Assembly: GCF_004376175.1 (NCBI RefSeq)
Contig: NZ_SNUY01000007.1
Location: 67,663 to 99,662 of the forward strand
Direction: 5' to 3'
Source: Halalkalibacterium halodurans
Lineage (GTDB): Bacteria; Bacillota; Bacilli; Bacillales; Bacillaceae_D
DNA length: 32,000 nt
This document shows positions 17,825-26,073 of this stretch, one piece after another. The notes beneath the pieces are model-generated. The model was given only the letters and a program-made list of their open reading frames with translations, was not told the origin of the DNA and ran no database searches. The position numbers and the translations under genes were made by a program. The stretch's first letter is position 1, and the number at the start of each line of letters is the position of its first letter.

Positions 17825-18727
17825 CTAGTACACTTGCTCATTTTTTTGGAACTTGCGTTGGATTAAGGTTGCGATTAAAATAATCACCGCGAGCAAGAAT
17901 GCAAGTGCCGCTGCGTACCCCATTTGATCATAGGATTGGAACGCATATTGATAGATTAACAGAACGATGGTTAACGTTGAGTTGTCTGGTCCCCCTGATC
18001 CTCCGGAGAAGATATAGGATTGATCAAACAGCTGGAACGTTCCAATGATCCCCATAATCACCACAAAAGACGTAATTGGTCGAAGCATCGGTACGGTAAT
18101 GTATCGAAACTTCTGAATGGTGGATGCACCGTCTAAATCAGCGGCTTCGTAAAGACTTGCAGGGATATCTTTTAAAGCAGCTAAATAAATGACCATATAG
18201 AACGGAGCTGTAGCCCAAATGTTCATGATCATAATAGCAAGTAATGCAACACTCGGATCTCCGAGCCAGTTATAAGTAGGTAGACCCAAGGAGGCTAATA
18301 CTTGATTGACCAGTCCATTTTGATTGTTGTACATGAACATAAAGATAAGTGCCAATACAGCTGATGACGTTAGAGTGGGTAAGAAAAAGACCACCCTGAA
18401 GAAGTTCGTTCCCTTAATTTTTGCATTTAAGCATGCTGCAAGAATCAAAGCAAGGATCGTCTGGGTAGGGACAACAATGGCCACATAAAACGCAGTATTC
18501 CTTAAGGCAATACCTGCTCGATAATCATCCGTAATCCTTGCATAGTTATTAAAGCCAACAAACTCACTAAAGCCTGCTAAAAGATTGACCTTTTGAAACG
18601 ACAAATAGATTGCATAAAGGATCGGTAATAAAATGAATACCCCTATCGTAACAAGAGCGGGGGTCAAAAAAGCATACCCTTGAAACGCTTCACGTATCGC
18701 GCGCTTACTTGCTTTTTGCTTTGCCAT
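17825..18727 (-). CDS. Carbohydrate ABC transporter permease (MalF-like)
   Basis: EAA loop is EAADLDGASTIQKFRYITVP. ATG 18727 (MAKQKASKR...) lies 7 nt after GAAAGGAG. Confidence 0.9.
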   Translation of the reverse strand: MAKQKASKRAIREAFQGYAFLTPALVTIGVFILLPILYAIYLSFQKVNLLAGFSEFVGFNNYARITDDYRAGIALRNTAFYVAIVVPTQTILALILAACLNAKIKGTNFFRVVFFLPTLTSSAVLALIFMFMYNNQNGLVNQVLASLGLPTYNWLGDPSVALLAIMIMNIWATAPFYMVIYLAALKDIPASLYEAADLDGASTIQKFRYITVPMLRPITSFVVIMGIIGTFQLFDQSYIFSGGSGGPDNSTLTIVLLIYQYAFQSYDQMGYAAALAFLLAVIILIATLIQRKFQKNEQVY

Positions 18728-18825
18728 TGGGAGACTCCTTTCATACGTCGGAAGCACAAGACTGTTACGATGTTTTTCTGAATGAAGGAAGGAGAAGGGA
18801 GCTGTTCCCTCTCCTCCATGAACCC

Positions 18826-20088
18826 TTATTGAATCTCGCTGTTTGCGACTTCCTCTGCTTCCTTAAGTGCTTCAGCCAAATCACGTTGTCCTAAAAACGC
18901 ACTTGTAAATTGGTTTTGGAAGTTATTATTGATAATCGGCAAGTTCGTATCATCTGCCCAGACAGTAGCATAGGACTGTCCTGCAATGAATGGTCCATAA
19001 ATGGGATCATCTGCATAATCTAACTTTTCTGATACAGAAGCACGTGTCGGGAGGGTCAAACCACTAGATGTCCAAAGTTCCATTCCTTCTTTACCGGTTA
19101 AAAATTCAATTAATCTCCATGCTTCTTCCTTGTGCTCAGAGTTGCGATTCATGACGTAGGAGACAGTGTAAGCCATTGTTCCTTCGTTGCCATTAATCGT
19201 TGGCACCTCAGCCACTCCATAGTTCACATCTTCAAAGTTCTCATCTAAAAATGGCACTGTCCAGTTCCCTTCAATGACCATGGCTACTCGTTCTAATCCA
19301 AACATTTCGCCACCCCAATCAGCTCCAACTTCTGAAGGCTCTACTGCAGAACCATCGACATTTCGCATATCAACGATCGGCTGTAATGCTTCAACAACTC
19401 TTGGATCTGCAAAAGTAGCTTGGTTATCCGTTGCAATTTGCCCACCGTTTGATTGGGCGATAAACATGAGTCGAGCTAAATCGGTGACTACACCAAAGCC
19501 GTATTCGTCATCATTTGTTAATGCAATCGCCATTTCCTCAAGCTCTTCCCACGTTTCAGGTGGACCGTCAAATCCCGCTTCCTCTAGCATGTCAATGTTA
19601 TAGAAAAGAGCAAGTGTTGAAGTGTCTTTAGGTAATCCATAAAGAACACCATTACGTTCAAAAGCTTCCAAGAGTGGTTGCTCAAAATCAGCCAAATCAA
19701 ACTCATCGGTAATGTACTCATCAAGTGGCTCTACGGCCCCTGTTTCAATTAATCCAGGTGCTTCAAAGGCGTCAAGGAAAAAGACATCAGGTCCTTCACC
19801 ACCAATGAGACGAGTACGTAACACGTCCATATACTGGTCTGGAATCGTGTTAATGTTCACCTTAATGTCAGGATTTTGCTCTTCAAACGTAGCAACCGTC
19901 TCTTCAAAATAACGTTGCTCAGTTGGAGATGACTGCCATCCTGTTAAAGTAAGTTCCACTACTTCTCCGTCTGTATTTCCTCCTTCCGTTGGTTCAGAAG
20001 AGGGTCCTTCGTCAGCAAAGTTACAACCTGTCAATACCACTCCGGCAAGCAACGAACTAATACCTAGCGTCCATAACCACTTTTTCAT
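18826..20088 (-). CDS. ABC transporter sugar-binding lipoprotein
   Basis: MKKWLWTLGISSLLAGVVLTGCNF carries a lipobox (LTGC). It has the fold signature of family 1 solute-binding proteins. The preferred start is ATG 20088, based on RBS spacing. Confidence 0.9.
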   Translation of the reverse strand: MKKWLWTLGISSLLAGVVLTGCNFADEGPSSEPTEGGNTDGEVVELTLTGWQSSPTEQRYFEETVATFEEQNPDIKVNINTIPDQYMDVLRTRLIGGEGPDVFFLDAFEAPGLIETGAVEPLDEYITDEFDLADFEQPLLEAFERNGVLYGLPKDTSTLALFYNIDMLEEAGFDGPPETWEELEEMAIALTNDDEYGFGVVTDLARLMFIAQSNGGQIATDNQATFADPRVVEALQPIVDMRNVDGSAVEPSEVGADWGGEMFGLERVAMVIEGNWTVPFLDENFEDVNYGVAEVPTINGNEGTMAYTVSYVMNRNSEHKEEAWRLIEFLTGKEGMELWTSSGLTLPTRASVSEKLDYADDPIYGPFIAGQSYATVWADDTNLPIINNNFQNQFTSAFLGQRDLAEALKEAEEVANSEIQ

Positions 20089-20139
20089 CAACATGTTCCC
20101 CTTTCACGTTTTGTACTTATTAGAAGAGGTCCCCCTCTA

Positions 20140-22248
20140 CTATCCTTGTGAGATGACAGATGCGCATTGTACGTCTAATCCTGTCGTGTTTGACATCACG
20201 TCCAATTGAGTCTGTTGCCCCTTCTTCTTAAGGGTCAAGCTAATAGTTCCTTTTCCTACCTTCATGTTTTCAACAGTTAACTCCTTCATCCCATCTGGAA
20301 GAGATGGCGAGAAAAAGATCTTGCCTTTTGGCACGTTTGGTTCTAGCCCAAGAATCGTTTGAATAAAAACTAATGGCGTCCCTGCAGCCCAAGCTTGTGG
20401 AGAACAAGCTACTGGGTATTTAACTGCTCGTTCTCCTTTTTCATAACCGCAAAACAGTTCCGGCAACCGATCGTATTCAAAGGAGGAGGCAGAATCGATT
20501 AAGCCATTGATGACACGATTGGCTTGTTCATGGTGTCCGAGTCGTCCCATCCCGAGTAAGATTATACTGTTATCGTGCGGCCAGACGCTTCCATCATGAT
20601 AGCTCATCGGATTGTATCCTGCCTCGCCTTCTGCCATAGTACGAATGCCATAACCAGAGAACAATTTATTCGATACGAGCTGGTCGCTTACTTGCTTCGC
20701 ACGCTCTTTTGATAGCATGTTGGAGAACAGCAAATGTCCTGGATTGGAGGTTATTGTCCCAACCTGCTTCTTTTCTTGATCGAGTGCAATGGCATAAAAC
20801 CCTACATCCTCCATCCAAAACGCCTGTTCAAATCGTTCGCTTAATTGCTGAGCTTCTTCTGAAAGCTTGCGAGCAAGGTCTATTCGGTTTAAACCTTCAT
20901 AAAGTTCAGCTAATCCTGTCTTCGCTTGGTACACATAGCCTTGAACCTCTGCTAAGGCAATCGGTGTTTTGGCGTAGTCTCCATTTCGATGAACGATAGA
21001 ATCCCCTGAATCCTTCCATCCTTGATTGGCAATCCCTTTGGCAGCCTCTTGATAGTATTCAACAAACCCGTCTCCATCTCGATCTCCGAATTTATCAATC
21101 CAGCGAAGAGCGGCCTCAATAGATGAGTCTAATTCTTCTAATAGTGTTGTATCTCCTGTCCACTTGACGTACTCCACAATGAGCATTAAATAGAGAGGCG
21201 TTGCATCAATCGTTCCATAGTAAGGACTGAATGGAACTTGCTTCGTGTTGGCGAGCTCACCAGATCGGAGTTCATGCATGATTTTTCCTGGCTCTTCATC
21301 TCGCCATGGATCCCTTTTTGTCCCTTGATAGGCAGCCATCGTACGAATCGTTCCTTTTGCAACCTCGGGCTGGAATGGAAGCATTTGAAGGGCTGCGATT
21401 AAACTATCTCGTCCAAACGGAACCGCAAACCACGGTAATCCAGCTACTGGGAACGAACCATAACCAAGATCGGTTAACAAGACTCGTAGATCGGTAATCC
21501 CTTGATCGAGTAAGCGCTGAAGCCTCGGGTGATCCGTTTTGACTTTCGTCACCCCTTCATTCCAAGCGCGGTACGATTCTTTCACTTGCTCAAGGGCTAC
21601 GTCAAACGGCAGGATGGTCGGTTCCTCTCCGTTTAGAATCGGTGCAATGGTGAGGACGATTTCCTGCGACTCTTCATGGCCTAACGTGCAAGTAAAGTCT
21701 AGATACCCTTCGTCTGAAACGGTTTGCGCCGTTTGGTCCCATGAGATTAAAGTTGTTCGTTGAATCTCATCTGCTCCTTCATAGTGAAAGCGCATTTCGT
21801 TATCGGTTACACTCTGGCCTGTACGTTTTCCTACATCCCCATGCTGAAAACCACGGACGACAAACATATCTTGAAAATCGCAATCAAAGTGAAGATTGAC
21901 GGTGAACGTAACCGGTTTAGGAAAATAGTTTTTTGCTCGAATCTTTTCGTACACCACGTCATTGGCGATAAAACGTTTTCTCTCAAGCTCCACCGATTCT
22001 CTCCAAAGAATCAAATCTCCGTCCTTCTCCATATGAGGATTGGTTAACAGGATAGAGGCCATGTAAGCATTTTGGGCTTCTGAATTAAGCAAAATCGGCT
22101 CTTCGCCGTTAATTCTTAAATCCAACTTGCTTAAAAAGCGCGTATCTTTTGTGTATAAACCAGCTCCGTATGAGTGATTTTCCGGAATGTTTCCTTTCTC
22201 ATCTGTTAGCAAAAACACATCGTTTTCTTTAATCACTCGATAATCCAT
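20140..22248 (-). CDS. GDE-like glycoside hydrolase (bacterial amylo-alpha-1,6-glucosidase / glycogen-debranching N+C domains, (alpha/alpha)6 barrel), cytoplasmic
   Basis: 702 aa with no signal peptide. N-terminal VFLLTDEKGNI...GLYTKDTRFLS is typical of the GDE_N_bis family. The C-terminal half has FGRDSLIAALQ ... GWKDSGDSI ... YHDGSVWPHDNS ... ACSPQAWAAG, typical of GDE_C/GH63-like barrels. Confidence 0.8.
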   Translation of the reverse strand: MDYRVIKENDVFLLTDEKGNIPENHSYGAGLYTKDTRFLSKLDLRINGEEPILLNSEAQNAYMASILLTNPHMEKDGDLILWRESVELERKRFIANDVVYEKIRAKNYFPKPVTFTVNLHFDCDFQDMFVVRGFQHGDVGKRTGQSVTDNEMRFHYEGADEIQRTTLISWDQTAQTVSDEGYLDFTCTLGHEESQEIVLTIAPILNGEEPTILPFDVALEQVKESYRAWNEGVTKVKTDHPRLQRLLDQGITDLRVLLTDLGYGSFPVAGLPWFAVPFGRDSLIAALQMLPFQPEVAKGTIRTMAAYQGTKRDPWRDEEPGKIMHELRSGELANTKQVPFSPYYGTIDATPLYLMLIVEYVKWTGDTTLLEELDSSIEAALRWIDKFGDRDGDGFVEYYQEAAKGIANQGWKDSGDSIVHRNGDYAKTPIALAEVQGYVYQAKTGLAELYEGLNRIDLARKLSEEAQQLSERFEQAFWMEDVGFYAIALDQEKKQVGTITSNPGHLLFSNMLSKERAKQVSDQLVSNKLFSGYGIRTMAEGEAGYNPMSYHDGSVWPHDNSIILLGMGRLGHHEQANRVINGLIDSASSFEYDRLPELFCGYEKGERAVKYPVACSPQAWAAGTPLVFIQTILGLEPNVPKGKIFFSPSLPDGMKELTVENMKVGKGTISLTLKKKGQQTQLDVMSNTTGLDVQCASVISQG

Positions 22249-22284
22249 AAAGCAACTTCCTCTCTGTATGTAATATCTGTTTCC

Positions 22285-22302
22285 ATCCGAAACGTTTTGG
22301 AT
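22285..22302. promoter_or_regulatory. LacI-type operator copy 1 (ATCCGAAACGTTTTGGAT)
   Basis: 18-bp near-palindrome centred 45 bp upstream of the hydrolase start codon. Confidence 0.65.
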
Positions 22303-22382
22303 TTTTTGTTAAAAGAAACCCATTGGATCGAGTTTTTAGTCAATACGGAACTTAAAAACAATTTCTACGCTTCTCTTCTCGA

Positions 22383-22400
22383 ATCCAAAACGTTTCGGTT
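22383..22400. promoter_or_regulatory. LacI-type operator copy 2 (ATCCAAAACGTTTCGGTT)
   Basis: Matches the reverse complement of copy 1 at 17/18. The two centres are 98 bp apart. Confidence 0.65.
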
Positions 22401-22419
22401 TTTCGGTGTAAAGAGAAGT

Positions 22420-23433
22420 CTACGGCGCCTTGGCCACTGACTCTCTAATAATCAACTCATTGTCTAGCATGTGAAAAGGCGGTACCTCCTTCATCCTTAA
22501 CCGATCGATAAGTAGTCCAGCTGCAGCATACCCCATTTGGTATTTGTTTTGTGCAACCGTTGTCAAAGGTGGCGATGTATATTGGGCAAGTAAAATATCA
22601 TCAAATCCGATGACCGATAACTGCTCCGGTAATCGAAGGTTTAGCAGCTTAGCCGCTTTCATAACCCCTAACGCCATCAAATCACTGGCACAGAAAAAAG
22701 CGGTTACATCTGAATGCTTCTGAAGAAATTGATACGCTTCTTTTTCAGCTACCTGTTCTGAAAACTCCCCATTAAGCACCCATTCTTCTTGAAGAGGGAT
22801 GCCCGCTTCCTGTAACGCTTGCTCATAACCAAGCTTTCGTTTCCCACTCACATAGGCTCGCTCATGACCATTCATCATCGCAATCTTCCTGTGACCAAAG
22901 TCAATGAGAGTCTCAACCGCTTTTTTGGCCCCATCCACATTGTCTGTCGTCACATAAGAGACACTTTCTCCAGTGATCGGAATGTCCACCATAACACATG
23001 GGATGTCGCTTTCAATAACTTCCTCCAAATATGGATCTTCTTTCTTTATCCCTTGAAGAATAACACCATCTACACATCGTTCTCGACAAAGCTGTGTGTA
23101 GCTTTTAAGCTTTTGTTTCGATGTGTTTGTGTTAAACAAAATAATATCATAATCGGATTCGGACGCTCGGTCGTTAATTCCACACAACACTTCAAACGTA
23201 AAATTGTCTTTAGCCCCTTCACGACTGATTTCCGAAACGAGCAATCCAATAGTTTTGGAGCGATTCATTACAAGACTTCGGGCCATGACGTTCGGACTGT
23301 ACTTTAATTCATTTGCAATGTCTTTAATTTTTTTTCTTGTTTTTTCGTTTACATCACTGTACCCGTTTAATGCACGGGAAACCGTGGTCACGGATACACC
23401 GGCTACTTTGGCAATGTCTTTAATCGTCGTCAA
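22420..23433 (-). CDS. LacI-family transcriptional regulator
   Basis: HTH is TIKDIAKVAGVSVTTVSRALNGY, followed by a periplasmic-binding-protein-like sugar domain. The likely start is TTG 23433, preceded by GGAGG. The track ORF extends 43 codons further upstream without support. Confidence 0.9.
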   Translation of the reverse strand: MTTIKDIAKVAGVSVTTVSRALNGYSDVNEKTRKKIKDIANELKYSPNVMARSLVMNRSKTIGLLVSEISREGAKDNFTFEVLCGINDRASESDYDIILFNTNTSKQKLKSYTQLCRERCVDGVILQGIKKEDPYLEEVIESDIPCVMVDIPITGESVSYVTTDNVDGAKKAVETLIDFGHRKIAMMNGHERAYVSGKRKLGYEQALQEAGIPLQEEWVLNGEFSEQVAEKEAYQFLQKHSDVTAFFCASDLMALGVMKAAKLLNLRLPEQLSVIGFDDILLAQYTSPPLTTVAQNKYQMGYAAAGLLIDRLRMKEVPPFHMLDNELIIRESVAKAP

Positions 23434-23440
23434 TGCGAAC

Positions 23441-23458
23441 CTCCAAAACGTTTCGGTT
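23441..23458. promoter_or_regulatory. LacI-type operator copy 3 (CTCCAAAACGTTTCGGTT), overlapping the regulator's own RBS
   Basis: Matches copy 2 at 17/18. It overlaps the GGAGG Shine-Dalgarno (23440-23444) of the lacI-family gene. Confidence 0.65.
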
Positions 23459-23667
23459 GATATTATCCATAGATTACATGAAGACGTTTTCGATTTCAAG
23501 TTTTTTTGTCCCCTTTGTAAAGGTACGTTTTGGAAGGAATGGAGCGTACCCTTCCATGACAAGTAAATCGATAAAAAAGTACGATTCGTTTTTAAAAAGA
23601 AGTAGAGAAAGCATGATTGAACCGTTTCTCTAAGCTTAGAGTGCCATTAAAATTAAGAGCACTCTTT

Positions 23668-23790
23668 TTAAGGAATAAGCGTGTCACGGAGAAGACTGGC
23701 CAGTTGAGGAAAATCGGTAAACATTCCGTCCACACCTTGATGAAAGGCTGCTCGCATGGCTTCCATACGAAAGTTTATACTTTCTCTTTT
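23668..23790 (-). pseudogene. Remnant of a glycerophosphodiester phosphodiesterase (GDPD) C-terminus
   Basis: The reverse-complement frame reads ...SINFRMEAMRAAFHQGVDGMFTDFPQLASLLRDTLIP*. GVDG-FTD-P is the usual GDPD C-terminal motif. No upstream part of the gene is present. Confidence 0.4.
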
Positions 23791-23938
23791 GAAAAAAAGA
23801 CGCCCATAGCGCCTCTTCTCCCGCTGTGTTAACTTTTAAATTTAACGATATAGAGACAAATGCCCTCTGCAAAAAAGCCATGAGGGGCGCACCTAGGGGA
23901 TGGACCTGCTGTCAGAACCCCCTAGGTTATGCCGACAG

Positions 23939-25165
23939 TTATTTTTTCAACAGCGGCTGCCGCTTTCCATACGTTAGTGAACGCCATATCCATTCGGCAG
24001 GGCCGAAGCGAAAGCGCTTGGTCCATATATTGCTAAGGATCACTTGGCTAGTGAATAGGAATAGTGCGATCATGACCCACATAAGAGGCCCCACTTGACC
24101 AAAAAGGCCGAACCCATAGCTGTAAAAGATCGTCGTACATACGAGGGATTGCAGCAAATAATTACTTAACGCGAGTCGGCCCACAGCCCTGAGCGGTGAT
24201 AACATGTTTGCCCATACGTTGGATTGACACAGAAGTCCAATCGATGTGATATAAAACAAACAAAGCGCTGGCCCACCAAGCATGACGCCGATCCCATAAG
24301 CAAGCATGGACAGAAATAATTCTGACTGCGTACTACTATATAAGAAAAGTAGATTAAATGGCATCCCAATCGCAAGGCTTGTGAGCCAAACTTTTTTTAG
24401 AAACGGCTTTTGCTGTTGAAGATTGCGATACCGCTCTGTTTTCGCAACATAAACGCCAAGCAAAAACATAAATAAAATCGTTGGAATCATAAAGAGGTAA
24501 CCTTGAAAGGCAAACGTATAATCGAGCGCACGCTGCTGAAAGATTTCCAGCACCGTACCTGATCCGTAAACTGCTAGCGATTGCTCCACCATCTCATTTG
24601 CGAACTGTACTTCCTCTTGCCCATGCACCATGCTCGCTTCATCCCCCAAGAGAAGCACCATCATCCCTAGAAATAATAAAAAGGTCGGAACGAGCAAAAT
24701 CGCAAACGCCCAGCGAAGAATGGTCTTCCCTTTCCGATTGTAGAAAAGCAACAAAACCGGCGCAAGCAAAGCATAGATCAATAGAATATCCCCATACCAA
24801 ATACCGAAAGCATGGATGATCCCGAACATAAACAAAAAGAAAATACGCCGAAGATAGAGCGAATACGGTCGTTCCGAACGCTGAATGGCTCTCTGGAAAA
24901 AGACAACGAACCCAAGCCCAAACAAAAACGAAAACATCGGAAAAAACTTACCGCTTGCAAAGAAGGTGATGAACATATATGCTGCTTGATCTAATGCACC
25001 CGTCCATGACGACGAACCTGCCATTTGTACATAGATACCTGGCGTTGCGAAGTACATCATATTCGCCAATAAAATCCCTACTAATGCAAACCCTCGTATG
25101 ATATCAAGTTCGTGCACACGTTCTTTTGTTACCGGTTCAAGCTTGTAAGTATTCAACAACAGCAC
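23939..25165 (-). CDS. DUF418 (YeiB-like) multi-pass membrane protein
   Basis: VHELDIIRGFALVGILLANMMYF is the N-terminal motif. The protein has about 10 TM segments and a C-terminal FRFGPAEWIWRSLTYGK. The start may be TTG 25156, six nt after GAGGTG. Confidence 0.85.
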   Translation of the reverse strand: MLLLNTYKLEPVTKERVHELDIIRGFALVGILLANMMYFATPGIYVQMAGSSSWTGALDQAAYMFITFFASGKFFPMFSFLFGLGFVVFFQRAIQRSERPYSLYLRRIFFLFMFGIIHAFGIWYGDILLIYALLAPVLLLFYNRKGKTILRWAFAILLVPTFLLFLGMMVLLLGDEASMVHGQEEVQFANEMVEQSLAVYGSGTVLEIFQQRALDYTFAFQGYLFMIPTILFMFLLGVYVAKTERYRNLQQQKPFLKKVWLTSLAIGMPFNLLFLYSSTQSELFLSMLAYGIGVMLGGPALCLFYITSIGLLCQSNVWANMLSPLRAVGRLALSNYLLQSLVCTTIFYSYGFGLFGQVGPLMWVMIALFLFTSQVILSNIWTKRFRFGPAEWIWRSLTYGKRQPLLKK

Positions 25166-25393
25166 CTCGTTTTAGAATTTAATACCCAGTCATACACTGC
25201 TCTGCGTATGCTTACATCACTCTATGACCAAGCTCCTCTCTTTTACGGCAATTTTCGGTCTCCATGGTGAAAAGCCCCTTCATTTTTTATTTATGGTCAG
25301 CTCACGACCCTCCATTTTATGCTATTCTTTTTATTAGAATTCCTTTTTTAACAATTGGAAGGAAAACTCACACTCGCAAAGGTGGTTTATTGA

Positions 25394-25573
25394 ATGTATT
25401 CAGCATTTGCTCTTTTACCTTTATTGCTTTGGTTAGCATTACTAGGATTTGGAATTTATTTCATGATAAATATTCTTCGCTTTATGCGCACCAAAAATGA
25501 GCATGACGCCCTCCTCATTCAAAAGGTGGATGAATTGGCAGCAAAGCTCGATCAAATTGAGCGAAAGGACTAA
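25394..25573 (+). CDS. Small membrane protein, 59 aa (DUF4083-like; one TM plus a charged helical tail). It falls below the ORF-track cutoff.
   Basis: ATG 25394 lies 8 nt after AAAGGTGG. My translation is MYSAFALLPLLLWLALLGFGIYFMINILRFMRTKNEHDALLIQKVDELAAKLDQIERKD. A clean terminator follows immediately. Confidence 0.65.
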   Translation: MYSAFALLPLLLWLALLGFGIYFMINILRFMRTKNEHDALLIQKVDELAAKLDQIERKD

Positions 25574-25582
25574 CTATTTTCC

Positions 25583-25620
25583 AGCGATCCTTTAGTGCAA
25601 AGGATCGTTCGTTTATTTTT
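25583..25620 (+). terminator. Rho-independent terminator
   Basis: CGATCCTTT (25585-25593) pairs with AAAGGATCG (25599-25607) around a 5-nt loop, followed by TTCGTTTATTTTTT. Confidence 0.8.
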
Positions 25621-25731
25621 TAGCCCATCTACTTACAAAATGGTAAGGTTGGTTTAAGGTTTTTCGATGGTTCTTACTCTTTAGAAGTGTTGCAATAAAG
25701 GAAATGCTGTTAATGGAAAGGTGGAGTCGAT

Positions 25732-25830
25732 GTGAAAAAGATCACCGTCGCCCTCATTGCCGTCGGAGCTTTTGCGATTGGAAGCAGTCTGTCTCGCAAA
25801 CGCCGCCGCAGTCAAAGCAAAACATCATAA
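25732..25830 (+). CDS. Possible 32-aa membrane peptide with a poly-basic tail
   Basis: GTG 25732 lies 5 nt after GAAAGGTGGAG. My translation is MKKITVALIAVGAFAIGSSLSRKRRRSQSKTS. Confidence 0.4.
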   Translation: MKKITVALIAVGAFAIGSSLSRKRRRSQSKTS

Positions 25831-26021
25831 CATAAGCTCGTCCCATCGTGAGACTGCTTTTATTGCACAAACGAAGGATTATCGAACCATGTGAAGAATG
25901 GTTTGTCATTCTGTGAAAGAGGGAGAAGGTCGGTGAGGTGCTTGGATGATGGAAGATAGTTACGAGCATGACCATGATTGGGCAAAGCCTGATCTGCTAT
26001 TGAGCGAAAGGGAAATAGACT

Positions 26022-26064
26022 GTAAAACAACAAATTACAGGGGCGAGCAACCTCTCCCCCCTGT
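26022..26064 (-). terminator. Rho-independent terminator of the rap gene
   Basis: ACAGGGGcGAG (26037-26047) pairs with CTCtCCCCCCTGT-side bases (26054-26064). On the minus strand it is followed by AATTTGTTGTTTT. The stem starts 9 nt after the rap stop codon. Confidence 0.8.
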
Positions 26065-26073
26065 AAAAGCTTC

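Noticed and set aside
23434-23562. Upstream extension of the LacI-family ORF (track start 23562)
   Set aside because: LacI regulators begin directly at the HTH. TTG 23433 has a GGAGG RBS. The extension would also read through the operator and promoter region.
23617-24098. Track ORFs 23617..23832 (+), 23684..23881 (-) and 23826..24098 (+)
   Set aside because: None has an RBS or a recognisable motif. They overlap each other and the 3' end of the DUF418 gene. The only meaningful reading in this stretch is the short GDPD-like remnant, which lies in a different frame.
25754-25975. Minus-strand 73-aa ORF downstream of rap, considered as a possible Phr pro-peptide
   Set aside because: A strong terminator separates it from rap. 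It has no Shine-Dalgarno sequence. Its N-terminus (MVMLVTIFHHPSTS) lacks the basic-hydrophobic signal peptide typical of Phr. It also overlaps a better-supported plus-strand small ORF.
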